A stretch of 63,580 nt of DNA, filler included, from Sphacelaria rigidula (GCA_964200075.2; 9 parts of 9 records of this genome joined end to end with filler, not necessarily neighbours in it); one strand, 5' to 3'. Shown: positions 24,194 through 38,480, counted from the first letter of the whole stretch. Notes: generated by a model from the sequence alone, not told the origin. Translations and numbers: made by a program.

Positions 24194-25024
24194 TAAAACG
24201 CGTTACGACCGAGCCCGAGCAAAACACACGGACAGAAACACCCACAGAACAAGCGCGTCACGCCCAGCGCTAGCTCTTCTTGCTCGTCTATACATGGCGT
24301 TGTCTTTTTCACGGCAATCCGTTGCGGTATTGGAAAAAAAGGGGCCGAGCCGCGTGTGTGCAACAAAAGGCAATCATGATGGAGTCGTTGACCCTTTGTG
24401 GGTGTGTGTTTGTTGTATGGCGCCCATCTCGCAGGAACCGTCGTGTCTCATTCAAATTTGACCAGATTTTCCCCGAGCCAATAAGTTCGTACTCGTGTCA
24501 TCATTACTCACGACTTGAGCCAATCATTGTTCATTCTGGGAACGTGAGATAAGAAGTTGATGTGAGCTTGTGCCTCGAGTCCGGGCGTGAGTGACGAGTG
24601 TGTACCACAACAAGGGTAACTGCGCTGCTAATTTATGTCGCCGTTCACGGCGAACAGCTCAATTGTCACGAGATATATTGATGGGTTGAGCAGACGAGTC
24701 ACCCTCGTGGGGCGCTGTATCGCCGTGCATTTATTATTTCTTCAGAGGTCACCCCCTTTTATGGCATGGATGGTGTACAGTCCTATTTGAACCTTCTCTC
24801 TAAACCTCAGCCCCAAACCCCAAATATAGAGCTCTCAGCATGGTGCCGCGGCGCCTCTCTGGCTCGGCTGAATTCACACTAGCTACAGTACTAGTTCCCG
24901 AGCCGTTGCTGTTGGTACCTCGTACTGAACCGTAGTGGCTCCAACCCACCCGAGAATCTACGCATGAGATCTATGTCCAACCCCATAATCCCCACAGCAG
25001 CGATCGATCGACACGTCTCGGGAA

Positions 25025-25219
25025 TGCCGTGTCATGAGCAAATAAATCATTTTCGACCGAAAAAGTGCGGTGGAAAACAAAAATTTCGCTCTGATAGGTT
25101 ATGATTTTCAACATTCATGACTATTGTTGAAATGACGACGTATGAGATCATAATTGCCGTTGTCATCGCACAATTTCGATCAAAATATGATGTGCTATGA
25201 CACGTCCTGAGACACGGCC
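25025..25219. mobile_element. PIF/Harbinger-like MITE copy
   Basis: TGCCGTGTCATGA ... TGAGACACGGCC|TGA. Confidence 0.65.
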
Positions 25220-26261
25220 TGACAACGCCAAAAAATTATTCTGCGACCAACGGGGGTCAGGCGACGCCACGTGGCGCCATGAACAATAGCTACGTACGGG
25301 TCCACCAAGCTCGTGGACCCGCACGAGTGCAATAATCAACTATGATTGCCGCACGACGGATGCCTACTGCTCTTTCGGCTATGTCGTGACTGACGCCAGT
25401 AAGGCGCGATGTTTCCGACCTCACCCCAAAAAATAGCACAACCCCAACGCTCATTTTCTCCGGACAAAACGTTGAACAGAAAAACCGGGGCAATATTTTC
25501 GGAGGAATTTGGTCTCAGTGTTGAAATTGATCTATATATAATCTGACCTTGTGACGAAGTCCGCTCTCACACTGTTCGGAAAGAAGTTTATTTTCTCCGA
25601 AGAAGTTGGGGGGAAAAAAGGTCTGAATAGCTTCAACTCGATTTTCCCCCTGCACTTTGATGTTACCGTTTATGGTCTTTTCAGGGCCTCCGGAACACTT
25701 ACGGACTGTGAAAGAATCGAAAGCAACGTTGAGCGCCCTCCCCTTCGATTATTTTGCCGTAGTTGTATATTAGCCCGAAGATGTTGTTCCGAAGGGTGGT
25801 CCGGCACCCTAAATTCACCAAATGGAACAAAAACAGCAGTGCTCGGCATCTCGGACATACCCAGCCAGATCCGGATCTTTGCACACGCTAAGGCTTTGTT
25901 TTGTCATACCCGATGCCCTGGGATGCAGGGGGTACTTGTACTTTAGTGCGAAGGCGCGGCACACGCGGAGCCGCAACATCTTTTTGCTGGAACCGGCGTC
26001 GCAGGCTTTGCCTCGGGGACTTTGGTATGCCCCCGAAGCCCTAGGGTTCACCTCCGGCCATCGTTGGAGTTAGAACATGAAGGTCAGCGTTATGTTGTTG
26101 GGTTGGCTCGTTTGGAGAGCTGGATAATGATGTTTTACACCCAAGATGGTGAAGAGGCCTCCAATCCCCATTTTTGGAAATAGTGCCCATGTTGGGAAGT
26201 GATACGAGCCGCAATGATTTTTGAATGAAGAATGGAGATGCGATTGGTCGTTTAAAATACA

Positions 26262-26740
26262 GGCCGCTCCTTATAACAGACAGAAATTAAAAATCTGGAA
26301 AAGTGCCTTTTTGGAGATTTTACGTTGTTTTACGCCCCAAAAGAGAGCTTGGCGGAGTTTGACACCCTGGAATGACTCGCTCTACAAGTTGAAGCGGTTG
26401 GAGGACATCTTCCCGTTTCCCGGTGGCCGCAGTTTTCATTTTGTCCAAATAAGAATTTTAGTCCAAGAACCGTGAGAAAGAGTCGAGTCCAGAGAAAAGT
26501 GACGATTTTTTTTAGGTTTTACTGTCTTTGACTTATCTTCGACAAAAAAAAATGTTTGGTAAAAAAAAAACTGCTGCTACCAGAAAACGGGAACATGTCC
26601 ACGAACCGCCTCAACTAGTAGAGCAAGTCGTTCCAAGTTGTCAAACTCCGCCTAGCTCTCTTTTGGGGCGTAAAACGACGCGAAAGCTCCAAAAAGGCAC
26701 GTTTCCAGATATTTAATTTTATCTGTTATAAGAAGCGGCC
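26262..26740. mobile_element. Long-TIR MITE (~180-bp arms)
   Basis: GGCCGCTCCTTATAACAGA... / ...TCTGTTATAAGAAGCGGCC|TTA. Homologous to 960-1560. Confidence 0.85.
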
Positions 26741-27960
26741 TTAGGCGCTGAATTTTTCACACGATATTTTTATCATCAACCCGCGCAACCCTCTGGGAGG
26801 TGAAAAGGAAGAAAGAAAAGAACAACAACAGGAAGTCAGAGCGAGTTGAAGTTTCAGCAAAAACAGTAAAAATGAAAAATGCTACACGTAAGTTCGTGAA
26901 ATATTGATAAAAACGGCTGCACCCACCAGTCGGAAAAATTTGATGCCCACCCGGGGTGCACCATCGAATATCATGTGCACCCTGAGATAATGGCAAAAAC
27001 ACGTGCGGCTTGTCAGTGCCGCACGACCACGGTCCCGACCGTGGTGAAACTTAGGTCACACTTATTTCAATCCGAGCCAGCACAAACAACGCAGAGTACA
27101 GTAGTACAACAGTATCATGATGTCGCACTCTCTCTCACCTCTCACTACTCGTCGCGTGGTGGAGTCTGCATGATTTCCCACTGCCAGCTCGAAAACAAAC
27201 ACTGTTCTCTATTGATTATTTCGAAGCTCAAAATTCTATGCTCGCTTACTTCCATCCGTCATCCATGTATGATGCACACCGACAGATTATGAAGGGAAAA
27301 GAGGTGCTGCTTTGCGTACCCAGAGAAGCACAGATAACCCAAGTAGAGAGCGTGGCGTGTACCGGAACAGACAACATCACGGCGACAACATTATATTCTA
27401 CTGTTTGTTACTTGTTGTGTTGAGTCCATCGGTACCGCCATGTGCGCCGTGCCGTCCCTGCAGCAAAGTGATTGATGGCCTACGGAGAGGACGGTACACA
27501 TACCATGTGTGTACTGTATGCACACGGGAGGGCAAATAAAACAACCGTACAGTACAGTGCAGTCGTCATATTCTCTATCCATCACGATTACTGAAGGATC
27601 AGATTCCACCAAAGCCCCGGGAGGCGTGGCCCCTTTCTGCCACCAGCTGTATAATATAACCCTTTGACCGTCAGATTAGCATTCTTGAAGTGAAAATTAT
27701 GCCAAGAAACAGAGGACTCATCCTCGGTGTGACACGTTCTCCATGTATGTTCTTTCGAACAGCGGACGGATGCTGTAGAGACGGCACGGCGCACATGGCG
27801 TTACTAACAAACATGATGTTCGATGGTGCACCCGGGTGGGCATATAATTTTTCTCCCTACCAGCAGGTTTTGGGCACTCTCGTCGAGGACATCCTGGTGA
27901 AGTTTTGGCCAAAAATACCTCAAATTGGGCTTCGCGTCGCACTTTTCGTGTGACAGGGCT

Positions 27961-28040
27961 GGCGCCCCGCTGGTCAAACTGGTACAACAGCCTCAAATGA
28001 TACAGGTCACGAGTTCGAATCCCGAGATGACCACTTTTTT
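27961..28040 (+). mobile_element. Degenerate tRNA-derived (SINE-head-like) sequence
   Basis: TGGTCAAACTGG (A-box-like) and GAGTTCGAATCCC (B box), followed by a T-run. No anticodon arm. Confidence 0.45.
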
Positions 28041-30065
28041 GTGCATAATCTAAATGTGCATCACCTCTCGTACTTCCCGGGTTACAAAGGGTCTCGATAT
28101 TTTGGTGACACTATTCTTTGGGGGGGGGGGGGTCTAGCGCGGTTCCAAGCAGTACTTCTCCCTCGCACGGTGATATACGACAGTCGGCTCGGAGGTCCTC
28201 TCCCANNNNNNNNNNNNNNNNNNNNNNNNNNNNNNNNNNNNNNNNNNNNTTAATTAATTAANNNNNNNNNNNNNNNNNNNNNNNNNNNNNNNNNNNNNNN
28301 NNNNNAGTTTCTAGCCAAAACGGATGAATGGACACTATCCTTTAGAATTTGTTGCGGTTTTCAACCAATTTCCCACCCAAGCGTCTTCCTACGGAGAGTA
28401 GAACACCAGTTACCGCGCCTACATTCTCCCCTAATGTCCCAAGCGAGCGTTTTCGCGTGAATAGTAGAGAAATGTCAACATTGTGAATAGTAGAGAAATG
28501 TCAACATTTTCAATGGCAGGATTTTGCACCAATGTACGAGATAAGCGTTGTGTCCATTAATGATGCAGGCACAGGCAGGCACAACCCGCCGCAGAAAGCC
28601 TTGAAAAGCCTACTCTCAATCGCACCATCCACTCTCAATCTCACGAAACTACTGTTGAAAGCGGTAAAGAGCTATTCATCCTTCAGCCCACGTATACATG
28701 GACTCGGGGGTAAAAGGATGAATACCTTTCAGCAACTTTTTCTGCGTGTCGGATCCCATGCACCGTTGACGATGCAGTATGCGGTATTTGCCCAGCAGCT
28801 GACGCTGCTGGCCATAAATTTCGTTTCCCCTAATCTCTGGATGAATTGGAGCGAAAAGTAAATATTCATTTCGAGCTTCTTCTGCCGGTCAAATTCCGAA
28901 TCTGCCGGTGTGCATGGGATTTGCGCAGCAAAAGGAGCTGTTCGAAATATATCCTTTTTCGCTCATCTCGAAAATGGGCGAAAAAAGGATCGATCTTGAA
29001 CAGCTTCTTCTGCTGTTCTAAATAGATCTTTTCCTTTGCCGAAATCAATCGGGCGAGAGAAGGATCTGTTTTGAATCTAGCTTGACCTGCTGTCCAAAAT
29101 AAATTCCTTTTCGCTCGACTCAAATCGGGTGAAGAAGAATTTACCTCGGACAGGAGGACAAGATATTGAAGATATATAAATTTACAGGTTTTGTACCAAA
29201 ATATATGGAATTTTAGAAAAAAAAACACTTGAGTTTTTTTCACCAAAACTCTACCACATGACTGTGCAGGGCTTTGCCGACGTGCCTATGCAGGGCTGCA
29301 AATCCAACCCTGGGGAAAACCCTATCAAAACGCTGCCACGGGTACAGATTTTGCATTTCACTGTCAGGGTTTTTTCGCAAAGACTGTGGAGGACCCTGTA
29401 CGGACCCTGCACAGTGCGCCCCACAGGGTACTATCTGTCCACGTGTGATGCAGGTACAAGGTACGAACAGTCCAAAAGGACCAGATTCCCGGGACCCAGT
29501 AAGCCCAACGATACTAGAAAACTCGGGGTGATGCCAGGAAGAGTCTGAAATCAGGACAGCCAAACATTCCCCGAGGAAACGGGTTCACCTCACGGTGATC
29601 ATTTCTTACAAGTCTGACCCACCTCTCGCCTACATAACACAAGAGGAAATCATCGCCAGCCCCAGAGTTCCTTCGGTGTCAGGACGGCATCTCCAACGAC
29701 AGTCTTCCCCGTAGGTCTCTGTCTACCCTAGCGATACGCCTCCCTCATACACTGTACAACATGATCGATACGTGATCTCCCTTGGTTTCAGAGTGGACAC
29801 CAAGACGCCGCTATAAGGTCCAGCAACGCACTCTTTTCCTGGCGTAAACTTTGCACTCCCCTTGCCCGAGGGTTCTCGGTATGCCTTCGTTGGCGCGAGG
29901 GTTAGTGTTGGGATCATAGAGTCATCCGAAAATTATAACTTTCCGAGGAATCTCCTGACCCGATCGAGAGGAAAACCTTCAGGAGATCCCTACGTGCACT
30001 AGGGGCTGTTGAGCGAAACATATTTCCCCTCAAAGATCAGCAGCAATGAAGCATTTGTGGCTAGA

Positions 30066-30148
30066 TGCACCGAACGAATGTGGTGTACACGCGTGTCGAT
30101 GACGATATCACCAGAGAAAGAAGCAACGACATAGAGGAAGCTCCTCGC
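30066..30148 (+). repeat. Dispersed repeat shared with 21046-21129
   Basis: GGTGTACACGCGTGTCGATG.CGATATCACCAGAGA.AGAAGCAACGACA.AGAGGAAGCTCCTCGC is present on both contigs. Confidence 0.8.
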
Positions 30149-31288
30149 TCGTGTCCTTTGCGTGTCCTCGCTCGGCGATTACCAATCGCTCGAGAGACTG
30201 GCATCATGCATGTTACCAGCTTGTACCCAATTTCCCATGTGTCGGTAGGCATGTTATATTGCTGCGCACAGCCCCCCAAAGAACATCGAGGTGCGGAGGG
30301 ATCTCGCCTCTTGTTGTCTGTGGAGTTCACCGGCGCGAAGGTACATTTATCTCTGCCTCTCTCTTTGGCCAGAACGCACCTCTGTGCGCTGAAAAACATG
30401 TCGAAAAACAGGGCAATGTTCCCGTCCCCGCTACTGTTCTCTGTCACACACATGCCAGCAAGGACAGTGCTGCGGCAATAACATATCCAATTTGAACTTT
30501 GGGGGTGTTATTCATGTTGATTTCACCCGACATGTGACCCGACCACAAGAGCGTGCCACACGCCAGTTGGGGGGGGGTGTATGAGAGATCAAACACTTGT
30601 GGAGACCTTCTTGACATGCGAATTGAAAGAAGATACCTATGGTGGTGACCTAACTGTTGCTGGCGTGGTGCAGGGGGGTGCCTCCATGCTGCAATCTGGA
30701 GGAGACACCCGCTGCGTGAACCCTGCGGTACAGCAGCTTTCCAGAATCACTACAAGCTGGAGCGAGAGATGACCACACGAGGAACAAGAGTACTCTATGA
30801 TCAACCACTTGTCGTTGCATTTGACACCCATGCCATGAAGCGCCGACCACAAAGGTCTTGTGAGCCATGCTACGATAGGGCTTGCACGTTTTGTTTTTGG
30901 ATCTGTTTTTTGTAGAAACCAAAATATATGGCGCTTACTGTGCAACCCAAATCTCCGGGGACCGGACATGGAGATGCACGCAGGGGCCTTTTCGTGAATC
31001 AGCATCATTTTCAGTCTTTTTCAAGTAAAAATGATGCCAATTCTCAAATGACCCGTCCAACACCCCGAGAAATAGTTTGGCCAAAAACGTGCACCGCTAC
31101 CGTAGCATGGCTCTTGTGGCTTTCAAGCAACGCTGGCGGCAGTACGGCAGGCAAACCCGATCATAGCTAGCTTTCGTTGCTCTACGGTACTGACTGCCGT
31201 CTCCACAGAGGTCACCCACCGTAACAACATGCACCGAATTTCGCAACAGCTGGAAAAACTAAACAGTTCGATTTTCTCAACTACGTCC

Positions 31289-34200
31289 TGTGACGAAATG
31301 ACGCCGTCACGTTGAGTTGGTAGTGATGGTCTGGATAATGACCGGGGACACTAGGTTGGTACCCTGGCGTGTCTAGGAGGTTGTGCCTACGAGGGCACTC
31401 CTAAATAATGAGAATGTTGTAAAGGCTGACAACTGAAACTGAGGCCAGCAAGACTGGGAAGTCTCTCAACAACAGTGACCCACCAGTCCTCCTTCTGGGT
31501 GGCCTCAAAATATCGATATTATTGCTAGTGTTAGTGCTAGAAACCTTCCGAAAAGGATTTCGGCGGAGTGAGTCCGGCAGCTGGGGACAACCTGACATCA
31601 CGGACGCGTGGAGGGGCTTCAAGCTGGTGGTGGCTGTAGAAAGGCGGCTGACCTGTGATTGATCCACACTGGAGACTTGCTGAAGCTGCGTGCAGCGGGA
31701 GTTTGGAGGCTCTTACGACGGTGTGGTGCGGCGACGACGCAAGGAAGTGTACCATTCGCGAAGGCCCGCTGGCCTGCAAAAGGTTCGCAGGTAGCCAGTG
31801 CAGCTTTGGCGACTTGTGCCTGTACTACGACCAGCGTGACGCCCGTGGTTATGCGGGAAGAGTTGCGACCTCCCCAATACGGGGATAGGTACTCAGAGAG
31901 TGCATCTCGCACTTTTCTTACGAGGTAGTTTGAGTACAAGAAGCATGTGAAGCACGCTAACGCAGGGGGTGTTGTGCGGCATCAGGTGGTGCCAATGGCT
32001 CGACAAGTGCCAAAGTATGTGCAGAAAGTGCTTGCTCATTTGGAGCATAACAAAATCACAATCACCCCGCCACAATTGGTTGCGGCGATCAGGAAGCATG
32101 CTGGGCATGCGGCGGGCGCTTGCTACTGTTGTGGCCAGGTCGGCCATTACGCGTGCGATTGTCCAACGTCTTCCGGTGGAGAGTCTGGGCAGTCTCATGC
32201 CGCGCGCCATCAGCATCGTCAGCACAAGGGCAAAAGACGAGATGGTCGTGGTGGCGGGGGCGGATCCTCCGGCGATGGGGGGGGTCGCAGTCGAGTCCTC
32301 GACAGCAGCAGCAGCAGCAGCAGCAGCAGGGGCAGCGGCGTCAGCATGGGCCTGGTTCTGGGTCCGGCACCACCGTAGGTGCCGCTGTTCCGCAACGAGC
32401 GGTGCAGGTGGGACCGACTTCTACAGTGTCGAACACCACGCCGGCGCCAGTGATGGCGCCGGCGGCGACACCGACAGCAGCGCCAGGCGCGACGCCTGCT
32501 GACACGCTGGTCGGAGGTTCGCCAAATTCTCGGTCTGCTGGCTGGGAGTTATACCCGCCGGCGGTGCCGTTTGAACCTGCCGGGGCGTCTTCGCCTGCGC
32601 AGGTTGCGCAGCCGTGGCGTCCAGTGGGGTTAGTGGCGCATCGGGCGGCGAATGAATTGCCAGTGAAGTTGGCGGACAACTACGTTCCTGCGGAGCTGTC
32701 TCTCAAATCAACGGGAGCGTGGAGCCATTGCGATTCGGGCTAAGTGGGATCCAGGCGCCCATATGGCGGGTCATGTGAGTCTGCCGGTGCAGATTGTAGA
32801 GATGTTCGCGCGTCTTCTCCCGGGTGTGCTGCTGCGCATTCCGTCTTCGCTCGGGACGCGGCAGGCCGTCCCCGCGTCGGGTTAGCATGTTTACGTCACA
32901 GAGCGTACTGTTCCGCTGCAGCTGACGTTCACGACTTCCTGGGGGCCGGCGCAGTTGCCTCCGATCTCGTTTGCGATCATGCCGGGGTCGGCTGGCGTTA
33001 TCCTTCTGGGGTCGCCGATGGTTCATGGTATTGGTGTCGACGCTCGGTGCTTGTGGGACTCCATCAAGACGGGAATATCTCCGCCTGGTCTCAGCTTGGA
33101 GACATCCGCTCTTTTGGGCAGTCGTCGTGTGAGTTTGTCCGTAGATGCTTTTCAGGAGGCTGAAGGGTAGATGACCGAGGAGCGGAATGCGGCGGTGGAA
33201 CGCTTGTTAGAGCACGGCTCGGAAGGTCGCGCCGGCGGAGAGCGTGACGGATGCTGGGGCGACAGGCCTCAGCGTCTCAAAAGCGGAGCGCCTGCGCGGC
33301 ATATTGCATTGCCGCGTCAACGCGTTTCCTCGCGCGCTGCGGGGTAATCCCCCTGCGCGCATGGAGCCCACGCGTGTTCAGCTAAAAGATGGGCCATCCG
33401 TGGTAAAGGCGGATCTGCGGTGGTACGATCCAGTGAAGTCGAGTTGGTTGGCATTGTGCGTAGCGGCTCTGTTGGCGCTCGGGTTGGTGTTACGGAATAT
33501 GCAGGCGGGGTGGTCCAGTCCAGATATGGCGTTTCAGAAGGAGGCTGCATCGTGGACGGAGGGCAGGCTGCAGGCGTGGGCGGCAGCGAAGGATCTGGTG
33601 GCTCATGCCGTGACGCTGCTCCATCCTCGTCCTGATTGCCAGGTGTTTATGTTTCCGGATGCATCTGAGTGCCATTGGGGTAGTTTGGTCATGCAGGTGC
33701 CTACAGTTGAAATTCAAATGCCTGTGCGCGCTGTGGCTTTGTATGGTCCGTGTGAACCTGATCACTTGATGCCGTCCAAATCTGTTGTCCGCCAAGCGCA
33801 GCGAAACGACCTCGGGGCCGAAGATGCGGATGTGCAATCTTTCGAGTCGGACTTTGGTACTGCTATCTTACACAGTGAAGGTCTGTTTCGTGTGCATGGC
33901 CGAAACGTTTTGTGGATTCCGAGTTCTGACAAGCAGTTACAGGTACGTCTAATGGTTTGCACGCACATGCGCGATGCCGGGCATCGTGGTGTGGCTGCGA
34001 CGCTCGTGCGCTTGCAAACGTTTCGTGTCTGGCAGGGGATAGAAACTCATGTGGGCGAATTTATCCGCCAGTGTCTTCACTGTGCTGACTCGGGGGTAGG
34101 AGATGTTGTTCCCCGCCCGCTCGGCGAAACGGTCCATGGGACCATACCGAATGAAGTCGTTCATTTTAACTTCTTGTACGGGGGTGAGAGTGGCCCGCTA

Positions 34201-35280
34201 GCTTCCCTAGGTTTGTCGGAGGATGCTTGGTTTCGATAAATTTTGGTAATCATGGATGATTTTAGCAACTTCGTGGCTCTGGAACCAGTAGCAGTGTACT
34301 GCTGAATCAACTGCTGCATCTTTGCTGAATTGATGCAAAACTTTGGGGGTGTCACGTGTGTGGGTGAGTGATACCGCCACGCATTTCACGAATGCAATCT
34401 TGGTCCGATTGCGAGAGGCTTTGCGCGTTGATCACCAGCTTGCGGTAGCGTATTCTCCGTGGTCTAACGGTACGTGCGAACGCATGGTCAAGAAAGTAGT
34501 TCGTGCTCTTCGCTCTATTGTTCTCGAGCAGTGTAAAGCGGTTTCCGAGTGGGTGGATGTGTTGCCGGCGGTGCTATGGGCGCTTAATACAGCGTATCGT
34601 CGTCGTTACGGTAGTACGTCGTACCACGTGATGTTGGGTCGTGCTCCTCGGACGTCTTTCTTGGTCCTGGCGTCTTCGTCGGCGGGGGGAATGGAAGTGT
34701 GATGTTTTGGACGATGTTCAAATTAAGAGTACACTGCAAGGAGTCTTGGACTGGCAAGAACACTTCCACGTTCAAGTGCAGGATCGTGTTGCTGCTGAAC
34801 ATGCGCGTAGACGTGAGGGATCCTCGTCGGGGCTGGAATTGCCGAAGTTTGAGGTAGGCGACTATGTCTTTTATGCACGCGTGCGTCGTCCGGGTGTTAC
34901 GCCCAAGTTGATGGCGACGTGGACAGGTTCATGCAGAGTGGTTGGTACTCACCACCCGCACGTGTTTGAGATTCAGAACATTGTTTCGGGTCGTGTTCAG
35001 ACCGCCCATATAGCTCGCTTGCGTTTTTATGCAGACCCGCAGCTTAATGTTACGGCTGACGTTAAGGACGTGTTCCAGCATGCTTTCAATCGGGGGCAAT
35101 TTCAGATGGCTGGTATTGTCCGAGTGGCAGAAGCAGATGATCGTTCGTTGATCGTGTTGATCGACTGGGTTGGTTTCGAAGTTGAGGAGCGCACGTGGGA
35201 GCCTTTCAAGGATATTTTGAGAGTCATCCTACGATAGGTGGGGGGGTATTTGGTTGCACGAAAAAAGAGGCTCATAAGTG
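31289..35280 (+). mobile_element. Ty3/Gypsy LTR retrotransposon with chromodomain, internally deleted and degenerate
   Basis: Gag zinc knuckle CYCCGQVGHYACDC (~32120-32163) and protease DSG (~32735). RT N-terminus, PDAS RNase H motif, integrase HHCC (HMRDAGH...CLHC) and core (IMDDFS, VSDT, NGTCER). WTGS (GPY/F), chromodomain LIDWVGFEVEERTWEP, and a G-rich PPT after the stop at 35237. The left boundary is approximate. Confidence 0.92.
33244..35237 (+). pseudogene. Gypsy pol pseudogene (truncated RT/RNase H, integrase, chromodomain)
   Basis: ORFs 33244-34239, 34343-34702 and 34641-35237 are linked by stops and frameshifts. Confidence 0.9.
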
Positions 35281-37626
35281 NNNNNNNNNNNNNNNNNNNN
35301 NNNNNNNNNNNNNNNNNNNNNNNNTTAATTAATTAANNNNNNNNNNNNNNNNNNNNNNNNNNNNNNNNNNNNNNNNNNNNCGACGTAGTCAGTCCATTGC
35401 AACAAAAGATACACTCTTTCAGGAAAAACCGATTAGTGCCTGAAACAGTTCCAGTTCCGCAATGCCCCCCAGGCGTAAAAATGCGTTGTGCGGTATGTCA
35501 CCGACCAGACCGCGTAATTTCTCGAATGGGGTACTGTACGGTAGCTGCACGCACAGCACGTGGGCTCAAGAAAAAAAAAAAAAAGTTGCCTATTAGGAAC
35601 GCTAAAGCATCCCACTCTGAATCTGAAACTACCCTCTGAATCTCACGAATTTAGTGTTTATACTTGTAACGTCGCAAGTAGTCGAACTGGAATATTGAGG
35701 TGAGCTAGACTTTTCCCCAACAGTTGAATCGTGTGAAATGCTGATCACCGCGTTACCGTGCTGATGTTGAACGCATAAGATACGTGAGGGAAGAAATCGA
35801 GCTCAACATCTTGATCGAGTAACGGTTCGTCCGAGTTCGTATAATGGATGAAATTACAATTTGGGTGGGAAAATAGTGCCAACGGATTTGAAATTCGTCC
35901 GAATTTGAGTGAAAAATCGAACGTGCTCAATCCCCGTCCCGTAGAAGCTGCACCTACAGCGTTAAGACGCGGAGTGCCATCCCAGCCCTTGTCGTAACCA
36001 AACTGCGGTGTTTTTTTGCCAGTGAAAGATCCAGAGATCGAAACCACCACGGGCTCAAATCCGAAAAAAACATTTGGAGATGCCTTCATGCACTTCGACT
36101 AACCTCGAGCATATATGCGCCAAACGGGATGTGGCTAGACTCATCACAAGCCGGACTACTCGATGGTTTTCGGTGACAGATCATGACAACCGAGTACCAC
36201 ATTGGTCAGTTGTAACGAGCACAATCTCCAGAGTTTATCGATACGGTGGTTTCTCTATATTTGTTCATGCCTATCTGGTGGTCTGTAACCTTAGCTCACG
36301 TAGACATTCCAACATGTCAACGGAGGGCGATGAAATGTCTGGGTAGCAACCTTGTGACTATGCAGCACCGACGTGTCACACTGCGCGTACGCCACCTTGA
36401 TGTGAGCAAGACATACTGCACCTGCAACGTCCCCGGAAGGAGCACAATAACCCTGACGACGTACTCCGACACATTGAATCAGATACACTAGAACATGGCA
36501 ATCCCTTGTGCGGTTAACTCACCTCGCTATGCACGAATGTGCTTGTAATGCGAGAGATGCCTCACAGTACAGAACAACTAAAGCATGTTTCCCCCTGACA
36601 ATTTATCCCCCAATCAGTACCCACCACGTTTGGTGGCCCTAAATAATTATACCCTACACTATCCTGCATTGAGAAGGCCTACACTAACAGCCGCCCCCAA
36701 GACTCGTGGCTTCAGCGGATCGGCCACTAATAGGATGCCAATTCCCAACTCCGAATGCCTTCACCATGATGTCCTAATATTACCTCCAGAGGAATCTGTT
36801 ACGACGAAGTAAACGCGATCCCGACCACGGCATGTCCCAAACCCGTGCGTGCCCGTGTTTTCTATACTGGTACAAAAAATTGGATTCATCCAACAGCTCG
36901 TAACCATGTGGTATCATTACATAAATTCAGCGAGATTTCCATGTTACCACGTCAAAACAGACGAGACAGTTCGTCTCATGTATCTTGAAATCGAATTGGA
37001 ATAACCGTTCATTTTTCGTACAGCATACCCCAGAATCTTCGACGCTCCCTCGTGTTCGGGTTGGACGTTCTAAGCACGTTCTGATTTCAATCGTTGCGTA
37101 CAACTCGTAGGTGGTGCAACTACTTGTCTACCCCCATCGAAATCGCTTGTAGACGTCCAGCACCCACATTGTCGGGTACCACTGACATTTCAATCCGCTT
37201 ATGCACACTGTTTGATCAAAGTTCGACCTTTCATTCTCTGGATGTAGTGGTACAGCCGTCAGTCTTCTTCAGCTTCAAACTGTATACGTATCAGTGACAC
37301 GAATGAAAAAAATATGCGTGCAGTTTCTGAAACTCGTTTCTTTTGCAGAATGCAGAAGTAAAATGGGATCCTACGTTGTCAACTGCTTGGGGGAGGCTCT
37401 AACGGTTTGTTCCTGTTGACGCTGATGAACAAAACCGAGCTTTCCTTCCTTCAGCCCAGCGAACGGGAGGGCTCCCTTCGGCAGTTTACAGCGTGCTGCT
37501 TTGCGAGTGAAGGCAAGACAGCTTGGGCAATATACGGCCCAGTACCATAGAGATGTTTTTCTTCACATCTTTCTTACAAACACAAGATATTGCTACCCTT
37601 GGTTTTACTGCTTCTCTCGCGGCCTA

Positions 37627-37800
37627 TATTGATTGATTGATTGATTGATTGTCGTACTTTGACTTACCCCCCAGGGGGTCTAGTCGTGGTCTCATGGTAG
37701 ACTTACCCAGCAAAAACAAGACTGAAACACTCGCTGAAAAGAAAAAGGAACAGAAAAAAAGAGGAGAAAACAAAAATCGAACAGAACGACATAGTAGCCC
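37627..37800 (-). mobile_element. SINE-like body with (ATCA)n tail
   Basis: Reverse strand ATGTCGTTCTGTTCG...GACCACGACTAGACCCCCTGGGGGGTAAGTCAAAGTACGACAATCAATCAATCAATC. Matches 11863-12003. A further partial copy lies at ~49899-49985. Confidence 0.75.
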
Positions 37801-38480
37801 AAGACGACCAAAAATACAAAAAGTCAACGAAAGCTACGTTTTCGGGCCTTGCTAATGTGGTGTGCTGTATGCTGTGAGTTGGGAGATGTGCTTCTGACGT
37901 GAAGTCAGTAGGGGCCATGTCTTGAGTTACGTCTTCCTCCTTCTTATGTCTGGTCCTACAAGACCAACGGCATTTTCCTTACACATGCACTACATGCCCT
38001 TTAATTTGTAGCTTTTACAGTTGAGTGCAGACAGAGTCTGGGGATATACCCTGTTTCCAGAGAAGTAACAGCAGCAGCGGAGACAAGTTTCCCATCACAT
38101 GGCAAGCTGCACTCATACCAGGCCGAACAATAACTACACACAAAATGACTGACAAAAACGTCCACGTACAGGCGATGAGCCATTTGCCTGCATGGGCTAG
38201 ACCATCGAGCACCCTTTGTTTTCATTGGCCTTCTGCAGTGCAGAGTCAAAGGCGCAGTCACTACGCGTGGCGCAACGTGACAGAAAATCTTGTACAGAAC
38301 TACTCTAGGTGGTTAGAGTGAAGGTGAAACAATTGGTTGGTTCAAGCCAATCAGCACACCCGAAAAAGCCGCGTCGTTCCAGGTCACGCCGAAACTCTTT
38401 TGCCGAGTATTTATTGACGTTTCATGTTGTCAGGCTAACAAAATTTCATGCGTTTTCCCATGAGCCACATTATGGCAGTC

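Noticed and set aside
31289-31310. TGTGACG...CGTCAC as a collapsed 5' LTR
   Set aside because: Only 22 bp, and the 3' LTR is cut by the contig end, so it cannot be verified.
38020-38200. C2H2 zinc-finger remnant (RTGDEPFAC)
   Set aside because: A single linker-like match with stops and no intact finger. Too weak.
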